A DNA stretch of 62,946 bases from Pirellula sp. (GTDB taxonomy: Bacteria; Planctomycetota; Planctomycetia; Pirellulales; Pirellulaceae). A model generated the notes under the pieces. It was not told the origin of the DNA. It saw only the letters and a list, made by a program, of their open reading frames with translations, and searched no databases. The stretch spans positions 1 through 62,946 of the forward strand of contig JANLRK010000672.1 of assembly GCA_031361585.1 (NCBI GenBank), written 5' to 3'. How positions within the stretch are numbered: position 1 is the stretch's first letter; each line of letters begins with the position of its first letter. Shown here piece after piece: positions 19,904-28,068 of this stretch. Both the position numbers and the translations under genes were made by a program.

Positions 19904-19996
19904 GATGAATGCTCATTGTGTGACCTACTGATTCGAAGTTACAAGAAATCGGATCAATACTGAATCAATACCAAGTTCAACGCAGGAGACATAGAG

Positions 19997-20422
19997 ATGA
20001 TTAATCGAGAACAGCTAATGGGCAATTGGAACGGCGTCGTTGGCTCAATCAAGGAGAAATTCGGTGAGTTTACGAAGGATGAATTGGCCAGGGTTGAAGG
20101 GAATTTTGAACAACTGGTTGGTCTCATTCAACGAAAGACAGGGAATAGTCGGGAGCAGATTTCCTCCTTTATTTCTGAATGCTGTGAGTCGGCCGGTACG
20201 ACATACAGCCAAGTTGCTAATCGCGCATCTCACTATGCGGACGCAGCAGGAGAAATCATTCGAGACAATTACGACCGGGTTGCCAATGAAGCCAAAAAGG
20301 GATTAGATTACACGGCTCAGAATGTCGGTCGTAGACCATTGGAGTCACTTGCGATTGCTGTTGGGTCTGGAATCTTGGCGGGACTCGTTCTTGGGATTTC
20401 CATGACAAGTCGAAAGCGATAG
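19997..20422 (+). CDS. CsbD-family stress protein with ElaB/DUF883-like C-terminal anchor
   Basis: GNW..V.G.IKEKFGE.T.DEL..VEG..EQLVG.IQRKTG; C-terminal RP..SLAIAVG.G.L.GL helix; AGGAG RBS. Confidence 0.88.
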   Translation: MINREQLMGNWNGVVGSIKEKFGEFTKDELARVEGNFEQLVGLIQRKTGNSREQISSFISECCESAGTTYSQVANRASHYADAAGEIIRDNYDRVANEAKKGLDYTAQNVGRRPLESLAIAVGSGILAGLVLGISMTSRKR

Positions 20423-20424
20423 CA

Positions 20425-20865
20425 ATGGAACCATCGAAGCCGACAGGCGATGTGGATGAACTGCTTGCCCGTATGCACCGAGTTCGTGCATCTGGCTACA
20501 ACCATGCCGGCGAGCTTCAAGGTGAAGCGATGCGTTTGGTGGATTGGAAGGAGTACGTTCGCTCCAAACCCCTGATGTCAATAGCGGTCGCTTCACTCGT
20601 TGGTTTTAGTGTTGTTCGGAGCACGCTTGGAACGACATCGCAGGTGAATCCTGCTTTTGCCAACAGCAACAGCACTTTAGAGAATTCAAAGCCAAGTAGA
20701 TCAAGTTGGAAAAGTGCAGCAATTGGCTTGATTGCGAATGTTGCGTCCACTGCCGCGAAACACTACTTGGCATCGTTTTTACAACCGCACAAATCAGAGG
20801 GAGGTTTCAATGATCGATTTCGCAACACAGGTTCGAAAGAACAGAGTATTCGATCCGCCCCGTAA
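20425..20865 (+). CDS. Hypothetical protein (stress operon)
   Basis: Starts 2 bp after the csbD stop; DWKEYVRSKP plus a hydrophobic helix. Confidence 0.65.
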   Translation: MEPSKPTGDVDELLARMHRVRASGYNHAGELQGEAMRLVDWKEYVRSKPLMSIAVASLVGFSVVRSTLGTTSQVNPAFANSNSTLENSKPSRSSWKSAAIGLIANVASTAAKHYLASFLQPHKSEGGFNDRFRNTGSKEQSIRSAP

Positions 20866-21031
20866 AGAAGAAGACAAACAATTAGATTCTGTGGTCTCAA
20901 GCGAAAATGACAGCGCCAAGTCGGACCTTTCGGATGTGGCGAGACGAGTTGTTTCGTCTAGTCCAGCAGCATGTGTTGCGTTGGCTTTCGTGTTTGGAGG
21001 GATCTTAGGATGGTTGACATGGAGAAGATAA
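20810..21031 (+). CDS. Small tail-anchored membrane protein (ElaB/YqjD-like C-terminus); start reassigned to ATG 20810
   Basis: GGAGG RBS; C-terminal P.ACVALAFVFGGILGWLTWRR. Confidence 0.7.
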   Translation: MIDFATQVRKNRVFDPPRKEEDKQLDSVVSSENDSAKSDLSDVARRVVSSSPAACVALAFVFGGILGWLTWRR

Positions 21032-21453
21032 ACCAAAAGTACCGACATGCAGATCCCGTGACTCAATTCACGGAAACGGCTGGTCGGTTTGCATGTGATC
21101 TTATGGAATTGACGGAACTCCAGGCTCGATTGTTCAAGGCGGACGCACGCTCCGTTTTAAGCAAGTCGCTTGGTGCTATCGCTCTGGGAGTGGTTGGATG
21201 CTCGCTATTGTTGGGTTCCATCCCAGTTGTTGTATACGGTTTATCATCAGCTGCTGCCTACTACTTGCAGATTGATGAGTGGGCAGCGCAACTTGCGGTT
21301 GGTGGCGGACTAGCATTATTGAGCTTAATACTCATTGTTGTGTCGTTCAGGATTTTGTCGAAATCCACAATGCAATTCCACCGCAGTACTGCTGAATTTT
21401 CGAAAAATATGGAATGGACAAAGGACGTCATTCGAAACGTCTCTGCAAAATAG
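21010..21453 (+). CDS. YqjE-like / 'phage holin family' two-TM membrane protein
   Basis: DL.EL.ELQARLFKAD followed by two TM helices; typical position in csbD/elaB clusters. Confidence 0.7.
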   Translation: MVDMEKINQKYRHADPVTQFTETAGRFACDLMELTELQARLFKADARSVLSKSLGAIALGVVGCSLLLGSIPVVVYGLSSAAAYYLQIDEWAAQLAVGGGLALLSLILIVVSFRILSKSTMQFHRSTAEFSKNMEWTKDVIRNVSAK

Positions 21454-21493
21454 TGTCTGTTTTTTTACTGTTAACTACTAGGAGTCAATTGAA

Positions 21494-21718
21494 ATGGCAA
21501 GATCTGCTAACGAACAGCGTATGGCTAAGTATCCCAGCAACATGGGAGACCACAAAGTCGTGACGAATTCATGTGAGACACAACTCGAAGACTTCGAGGT
21601 GCTTGTAGGAGACCTACGAGACTCGTTAGGAGAGTACTTGAAAAAACGTCCGCTTGTCTCCTCGGGACTGGTGTTTCTGGCAGGATTCTATGTTGGTTGG
21701 AAAATCAAACCTTGGTAG
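21494..21718 (+). CDS. Small ElaB/DUF883-like tail-anchored protein
   Basis: AGGAG RBS; EY.KKRP....LVFLAGFYVGWKIKPW tail. Confidence 0.7.
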   Translation: MARSANEQRMAKYPSNMGDHKVVTNSCETQLEDFEVLVGDLRDSLGEYLKKRPLVSSGLVFLAGFYVGWKIKPW

Positions 21719-21777
21719 TTCGCAATTAGCGAGCAACGATAACGAACCGCAGGGTAACGCGGTAACGCTGCGGTACT

Positions 21778-23688
21778 TTGCATCAGTTCAACCGAGGAGT
21801 TTTGACTTTGTGGCCTTGGATTGGATTTCTAATCTTCATTGTACTGATGCTGGCATTGGACCTTGGCTTGTTCAATCGCCGGCCACACGTTATCGGAATG
21901 AAAGAGGCACTTGCCTGGTTCGGTGTCTGGATAGGCCTAGCGATAGTTTTCAATATCGGCCTGGTGATATTCCATGAACGTGGCTTGGAGGCGGGACTGG
22001 AGTTTTTCACTGGATTTCTCGTTGAGAAATCCCTAAGTATCGACAATGTTTTTGTTTTCGTTCTCATCTTCAACTACTTTCAGGTGCCGCCTGTTTTCCA
22101 GCATAAAATCCTTTCGTTAGGGATTGTTGGTGCCATTGTTTTACGGCTGATCTTTATTATTGGAGGACTAGCACTTCTCCATCGATTCCACTGGACCATA
22201 TATCTCTTCGGTCTGTTCTTGCTTGGGACCGGACTGATGATGATGGTCCGACAGGAGAAAGAAATTGATCCGGGAAAAAACTGGGCTATCCGGACACTTC
22301 GCCGCTTTGTTTCGGTGACCGAAGGTTACGAGAACGCTAGTTTTTTCATTCGCAAAAACGGACGGCTATGGGCGACTCCTATGTTCATCGCGCTGCTGTC
22401 CATTGAAACTTCCGATATCGTTTTTGCCACGGATTCCATCCCAGCTATCTTCGCGATCACATCAGACCCCTTCATTGTGTTCACCTCGAATCTCTTTGCA
22501 ATGCTGGGGCTGCGGGCATTGTACTTTGCCGTCCAAGACTTCATGAAAATGTTTCATTTCTTGAACAAGGGATTCGCATTGATCATCATTGTCCTTGGCG
22601 TCAAGATGTTGATAAGCGATATTTACGAATTCCCTATTTCCTTCTCGCTTGTATTGATCGTATTCATTCTTTTGAGTTGCGTCATTGCATCGATTCTGCG
22701 GCCTCGCAAGTCGGATCTGAAGCAACTATTTGAACGAACAGAACAACTAGGTCTGATTCCATTTCGGCGACTGTTGTTGATCGAGAATATCATCGACCTC
22801 GGCGAACGCAAGGTAAGTGGTTCAATGCGATGCAAAAGTGGCGTGCACGTAATTCGTCTCGATGTTCCCTGGGCCGAAAATCTCCGAATGATCAGGGAAA
22901 CACACTATTCGCGATACCCTCTGGTTGAGGAATTAGGCAGTAAGCCGTTAGGTTTTATCCACATTAAGAGCATATCGTTCGACGACGCATTGGAATTCGC
23001 TTCCGCGGATCGACTGGTTCCTTTGGCTCGCAAATGCCTAGAAATGCCAGACGATTTGCCGCTTGAGGAAGCGCTGGGACTGTTCCAACGACGGTACGAT
23101 CGGTTGGCGCTCGTGGTCAATGCCAGTGGAGATTGGACAGGCATCCTGACTTTTGAAGATGTGGTACAAGAGATCATCGGTAACATGGGGGACGAATTCG
23201 ATCGAGCGCGTGCGGGCGATTTTGTATCGTTGGTCGACGCTCTAAGCCCTGGGCGCATCGTACTTGGTCTGCGAGCTGATTCAATGACCGAGGCGGTTCA
23301 AGAGTTCCTTGCATGCATCCCGAGGGAAGAACTTCCAATAGACGCCGCCGCAATTTCTCGAATCGTAATGCAGCGCAAAAAATTCATGCCAATGTATGTT
23401 GGAAATGGATTGGCTATTCCCCACGGGCGTTTCGACGGAATCGAACGTCCAGTGCTTGCCTTTGCGCGCTGCGATGAAGGGATACCAATTGAAGACTCGA
23501 ATGAGCGTGCAAGTCTGATCTTTCTGCTGTTGACACCAAGCCGATCAGCTCGACTGCAAACTCGTTTGATTGCTAATATCAACGGCCTATTCAAAAGCGA
23601 ATATGTCTCGGAACGCCTTCGCAAAGCACAGACCCCCGAAGCAGTAATAGAAGCAATCCATGCCGGCCAGCAGGTAGCCTTGGACTAG
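21778..23688 (+). CDS. TerC(Alx-type)-CBS pair-PTS EIIA domain fusion; start probably TTG 21802/21808
   Basis: LALDLG, EFFTGFLVEKSLSIDNVFVF, ETSDIVFATDSIPAIFAIT.DPFIVFTSN (TerC); HYSRYPL...GILTFEDVVQEIIG..DEFD (CBS); GNGLAIPHGR (EIIA phospho-His). Confidence 0.9.
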   Translation: MHQFNRGVLTLWPWIGFLIFIVLMLALDLGLFNRRPHVIGMKEALAWFGVWIGLAIVFNIGLVIFHERGLEAGLEFFTGFLVEKSLSIDNVFVFVLIFNYFQVPPVFQHKILSLGIVGAIVLRLIFIIGGLALLHRFHWTIYLFGLFLLGTGLMMMVRQEKEIDPGKNWAIRTLRRFVSVTEGYENASFFIRKNGRLWATPMFIALLSIETSDIVFATDSIPAIFAITSDPFIVFTSNLFAMLGLRALYFAVQDFMKMFHFLNKGFALIIIVLGVKMLISDIYEFPISFSLVLIVFILLSCVIASILRPRKSDLKQLFERTEQLGLIPFRRLLLIENIIDLGERKVSGSMRCKSGVHVIRLDVPWAENLRMIRETHYSRYPLVEELGSKPLGFIHIKSISFDDALEFASADRLVPLARKCLEMPDDLPLEEALGLFQRRYDRLALVVNASGDWTGILTFEDVVQEIIGNMGDEFDRARAGDFVSLVDALSPGRIVLGLRADSMTEAVQEFLACIPREELPIDAAAISRIVMQRKKFMPMYVGNGLAIPHGRFDGIERPVLAFARCDEGIPIEDSNERASLIFLLLTPSRSARLQTRLIANINGLFKSEYVSERLRKAQTPEAVIEAIHAGQQVALD

Positions 23689-23990
23689 ACTTTGCCGAAT
23701 ATAGCGCCTAAGGCGAGCGGCAGGAGTTGGTTTACCGTAGCTTTGGCCGCTGGCCCGAGTTTCGCACGGCCCAGGGGGCTAGGCTTCTGTACCAAATAGG
23801 AGAGTACGAGCAGGGCGAGTACTAGAGATCCTCATTTTTTCTTGAGTCACAAATAGTCCTAGGAGAAGGAATTTTTGCATTTGTAGTTGACGTCCCCCCG
23901 AGGATGTTTGTTACTCTGGATACCAGTAGAACTTAAAAACAGTCAGCTCTCCTCGCTTCGACAGACTTCACCTCGAGTCGATTAAGTAAA

Positions 23991-26657
23991 ATGCAGCCAA
24001 GCAAACAAAATAAATCTTGGGGCGCTAGTAAGATTGTTACCTACGTCGTAACGGTTGCCGCAGTGGCTGTGGCGGGTCTAATTCGCTGGCAGCTTGATCC
24101 ACTGTTGGAAGTCCGTCTCCCGTTCGCCACTTTCTTCGTCGCCATTATTTTTTCCGCCTGGTACGGTGGGCTTCCCCACGCACTTCTTTCCACCGTGCTG
24201 GGCTCCTTTGTCGTAATGTACTTTTTTATTCCTCCACGCTTTGCGTTGCCGTTTATGACGGCGGCGGATTTGGGAGACTTGGCCGTTTACTACATAGTCG
24301 GGCTTTCGATCGCCGGCTTCGCGGAGGCGCTGCGAATTTCGCAGCACGGATTCGCCGAGCAAGCGGAGCAAGTTAGGACGACGCTTGCCAGTATCGGCGA
24401 TGCGGTCATCACAACAGACATCAAAGTACGCATCACGAATATGAACGCCGTCGCCGAGTCGCTAACAGAATGGACCAACGCCAACGCGATTGGTCAACCT
24501 CTCGAAAAGGTGTTTCATATCTTAGATGCTGTCACGCGGAAGACGCTTGAGAACCCTGCCATCAGGGCATTGAGGGAAGGCGTCACCGTCGGTTTGGCGA
24601 ACCACACGATTCTCGTAGCCAAGGGTGGCAAGGAATATTACATTGATGATAGCGCCGCCCCGATCATAAATAAAGATGGCGAAGTCCGTGGCTGCGTGCT
24701 CGTTTTCAAGGACATAAGTCATCGCATGCAGGCCGAAAAGTTGATGCGAGAAAGCGAAGCCCGGAAGACAGCGATGTTCGAGGCCGCCCTGGACGGTATT
24801 ATAAGCATCAGTCAAGAAGGAACAATCATCGAGTTCAACGCTGCCGCAGAGCGCATTTTTGGTTTCCAACGCGCTGAGGCGATTGGTAAGGAACTCGCAG
24901 GGCTGATCATTCCGCCTGCGTATCGGGAACGTCATCGAAAAGGCCTTGCCCAATACCTCATTACCCATCAAGGATCGGTATTCAACCAACGACTTGAACT
25001 ATCCGCGATCCGTGCAAATGGTGAAGAGTTTCCTGTCGAATTAACGGTGACACCCATTCCCGTTGACGGCCCAGCTCAGTTTACCGCATACTTGCGTGAC
25101 ATAACGCAACGTAAACAATTCGAGAAAGCGCTTCGCGAAAGCGAAGAACGATTTCGCGCACTCGCTGACAATATTCCTCAGCTCGCTTGGATCGCTGATG
25201 CAGATACCGACGGTCAGATCCATTGGTTCAACCGAAACTGGTTCGAGTACACCGGGACCAATCTAGAGGAAATGAGAGGCCGTGGATGGATTGCGGTTCA
25301 TCATCCCGATCATGTCGATAGGGTGGTCCAGAAATTTTCACATCACGTCAGGGAAGGATTGGACTGGGAGGATACATTCCCATTGCGTGGCAAGGATGGC
25401 CAGTACGTTTGGTTCCTGTCACGTATGAAGGTCATTCGCGATAAATTCGGCCGGGTCGTGCGGATCTTTGGCACCAACACGGATATCACCGAAGCAAGGC
25501 GAACAGGTGAGGAACTGCGAAAGCTCACAGCCGAACTTTCGGAGGCCGATCAACGTAAGGATGAATTCTTGGCAACCTTGGCTCACGAACTTCGTAACCC
25601 ACTAGCGCCTATCCGCAATGGTTTGCAAGTTCTCGGTCTTGCGGGAGACGACAAAGTGACAAGCGAGGTTGTCCGCACGATGATGGAACGGCAGCTCGAG
25701 CAGATGGTGCGGTTGGTCGATGACCTTATGGATGTGAGCCGTATCTCTACCGGAAAAGTCGAACTCAGGAAAGAAATCGTATCACTGGCCACGATCGTGA
25801 ACAACGCCGTGGAAACCAGCCATCCACTAGTTGAGGAAATGCGACACGAACTCACTATCCAACTACCTGAAGCCACGATTCTGGTTGATGTCGACTCGAT
25901 CAGGCTGTCTCAAGTCATCATGAACCTGCTGAACAACGCCGCCAAGTACAGCGATCCTGGAAGTTGCATCCAGCTAACTTCCGAACGATCCGGAGGCGTT
26001 GTGGTGGTTTCGATCCGGGACACAGGCATTGGTATTGCAGCTGACCAGATACCCCATCTTTTCGATATGTTCTCTCAGGTAGATCACTCGATGGAGAAGT
26101 CGCAAGGCGGGCTAGGGATCGGACTCTGCTTGGCGAAGCGAATCGTAGAGATGCACGGCGGTACAATCGAAGCACGCAGCGACGGACTTGGCAAGGGAGC
26201 CGAGTTTCTCGTCCGACTCCCTGTTGTTGTTGAGAATACCGCGACGCATTTGCATTCAGAAGAACAAAAGCAAGTTATAAAATCAAATTTTCGCATTTTA
26301 ATTGTTGATGACAACAAAGACGGTGCAGGCACGTTATCCATGATGCTGAAGATCCTCGGCAACGACACACGCACCGCTTATGATGGCGAAGACGCGGTCA
26401 ATACAGCGATCGCATTTCAGCCCGATGTCATCTTGCTCGACATTGGTCTTCCAAAGTTGAACGGCTACGAAGTTTGCCGCCGCATCAGAGAACAAAAGAA
26501 CGGGCACAACATACTCGTTATCGCCCAAACCGGCTGGGGGCAGGAGGAGGATCGTCAACGCACACGCGACGCTGGATTCGATCATCACCTGGTTAAGCCG
26601 GTAGACATGGCCGTTTTGAGTAAAATACTTGCAGAATTTCAAAGCCAGAAATCATGA
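23991..26657 (+). CDS. Hybrid sensor histidine kinase (DUF4118-like TM, 3xPAS, HisKA, HATPase, REC)
   Basis: TM helices with AWYGG; SIGDAVITTD, FNAAAERIFG, HPD PAS motifs; LAHELRNPL, NLLNNAAKYS, GLGIGL, LDIGLPKLNG. Confidence 0.93.
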   Translation: MQPSKQNKSWGASKIVTYVVTVAAVAVAGLIRWQLDPLLEVRLPFATFFVAIIFSAWYGGLPHALLSTVLGSFVVMYFFIPPRFALPFMTAADLGDLAVYYIVGLSIAGFAEALRISQHGFAEQAEQVRTTLASIGDAVITTDIKVRITNMNAVAESLTEWTNANAIGQPLEKVFHILDAVTRKTLENPAIRALREGVTVGLANHTILVAKGGKEYYIDDSAAPIINKDGEVRGCVLVFKDISHRMQAEKLMRESEARKTAMFEAALDGIISISQEGTIIEFNAAAERIFGFQRAEAIGKELAGLIIPPAYRERHRKGLAQYLITHQGSVFNQRLELSAIRANGEEFPVELTVTPIPVDGPAQFTAYLRDITQRKQFEKALRESEERFRALADNIPQLAWIADADTDGQIHWFNRNWFEYTGTNLEEMRGRGWIAVHHPDHVDRVVQKFSHHVREGLDWEDTFPLRGKDGQYVWFLSRMKVIRDKFGRVVRIFGTNTDITEARRTGEELRKLTAELSEADQRKDEFLATLAHELRNPLAPIRNGLQVLGLAGDDKVTSEVVRTMMERQLEQMVRLVDDLMDVSRISTGKVELRKEIVSLATIVNNAVETSHPLVEEMRHELTIQLPEATILVDVDSIRLSQVIMNLLNNAAKYSDPGSCIQLTSERSGGVVVVSIRDTGIGIAADQIPHLFDMFSQVDHSMEKSQGGLGIGLCLAKRIVEMHGGTIEARSDGLGKGAEFLVRLPVVVENTATHLHSEEQKQVIKSNFRILIVDDNKDGAGTLSMMLKILGNDTRTAYDGEDAVNTAIAFQPDVILLDIGLPKLNGYEVCRRIREQKNGHNILVIAQTGWGQEEDRQRTRDAGFDHHLVKPVDMAVLSKILAEFQSQKS

Positions 26658-26796
26658 CGATTTCCCCATCTGTGCGCGGTAGATGAGACTGCTGCGATGA
26701 TCGAATGTCTACCAAGTTGGACTTAAAACTTCCAAAGAAGCGTTCCTGTTACTGATCCAATTGAAACAACCGTACAGCCCGACAGTGCCATTGTCT

Positions 26797-26829
26797 ATTC
26801 GAGAAGACCATTCGAGAAGACCATTCGAG
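26797..26829. repeat. 13-bp tandem repeat x2.5 (ATTCGAGAAGACC)
   Basis: attcgagaagacc attcgagaagacc attcgag read directly. Confidence 0.85.
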
Positions 26830-26865
26830 TGACCTTATTAAGTTTGGTTGAAATCGGATGGAATT

Positions 26866-26880
26866 TGGCGCAGCTTTTGC
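26866..26880 (+). promoter_or_regulatory. sigma54 -24/-12 promoter motif
   Basis: TGGCGCAGCTTTTGC = GG-N10-GC, 76 bp upstream of the yciF-like gene. Confidence 0.75.
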
Positions 26881-26956
26881 TTTCCACGGCAGCAGGCGAG
26901 TCTACTAGTTTACGTGGTCGCCAAGAACACAAATCCCTTTCAATCGGAGTTTACCA

Positions 26957-27445
26957 ATGCCACTTAACGACCTCGCGGACCTTTTTCAGGATGAATTGCG
27001 TGACATCTTGAGCGCAGAACGCCAACTTATCGAGGCTCTGCCAAAGATGGTGCAAAAGGCATCAAGCGATGATTTGAAACAAGCATTCGAAAAACATCTT
27101 GAGCAAACGCGCGTTCAAGCGACTCGAGTCGAGAATGCGTTTGCCGATACAGGCAAGTCTGCACGAGCTAAGACATGTGAGGCCATGAAGGGTCTGATCA
27201 AAGAAGCATCGTCCATGATGGAGGAAAAAGCCGCTGCAGACGTAATGGACGCCGCCTTAATTGCTTGCGCCCAAAAGGTTGAACACTACGAGATTGCAAC
27301 GTACGGGACTCTTTGCACTTGGGCGCGGCTTCTCGGCTACACGGAAGCTCTTGAATTGCTCAAGCTGAATCTTAACGAAGAAGAAGAAACGGACGAAGCC
27401 CTATCAGCACTCGCTGAGACCATCAATTCTGAAGCTCGAGCTTAG
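26957..27445 (+). CDS. YciE/YciF ferritin-like protein (DUF892)
   Basis: [56 protein letters not shown]. Confidence 0.93.
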   Translation: MPLNDLADLFQDELRDILSAERQLIEALPKMVQKASSDDLKQAFEKHLEQTRVQATRVENAFADTGKSARAKTCEAMKGLIKEASSMMEEKAAADVMDAALIACAQKVEHYEIATYGTLCTWARLLGYTEALELLKLNLNEEEETDEALSALAETINSEARA

Positions 27446-27547
27446 CCACGGTTCAGCGATGCTGTTGAAAAGTTAATTGACAAGCTAGCTTGGAGCGAAC
27501 CTTTTATCATGTTCCGATATTTTCGTAAGGGATGGAAGAATGCCATA

Positions 27548-27706
27548 ATGGAGCTTCCATTACCGAAAGAAGCGACGCATTCCGAAGCTGGCAGCGCCGG
27601 AAAGATTGGAGTCATGCGTGCTCGTCTGGAACAGGGGGAACACCTTCACCATGAAAACGACGAAATACGAAAAACCGATAATGGTAATCCGGAGCAACGA
27701 GACTGA
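27548..27706 (+). CDS. Small hypothetical protein
   Basis: Short ORF with P.....T....GS..KI.VM..R...G..L.H..D pattern; start uncertain (27509 or 27548). Confidence 0.45.
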   Translation: MELPLPKEATHSEAGSAGKIGVMRARLEQGEHLHHENDEIRKTDNGNPEQRD

Positions 27707-28068
27707 TCCAAATCGAGATCCCCATCAAAATGCTTCATCCGACCCGTCGTCCTTGAGCCAAAGAACGGAACCTCGCAAGTCCATCAAGAAGCAGCGGACA
27801 TGAACGTCCCACATCTCCGAATCGCCGAATTCGGAAATCTTCATGGCACAATGAGAGGCAATTTCGTCTCGCAACTGAAATGCGAATTTACGATGGTCCT
27901 CTTCTTCTCGTTTTAACTCGATGGGAGTATCACCGTATTTCCATCGTCGATTTTCGTGTAGCGGCGAGGGCGAATTGTGTTCTAATCTGTCGAGGTGACG
28001 CCATGGACTTGCAAAGATGAATTCATGGGAATTCAATCTAAACTATTGCGATAGCCTGCAATATCACC

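Noticed and set aside
21010-21453. Prophage suggested by the 'holin-family' gene
   Set aside because: No endolysin, integrase or structural genes; the context is a YqjE-like stress operon.
21719-21801. yybP-ykoY Mn riboswitch before the Alx-type terC
   Set aside because: Only about 80 bp are available, with a simple ACCGCAG/CTGCGGT hairpin (21746-21774); the riboswitch's conserved motifs were not seen.
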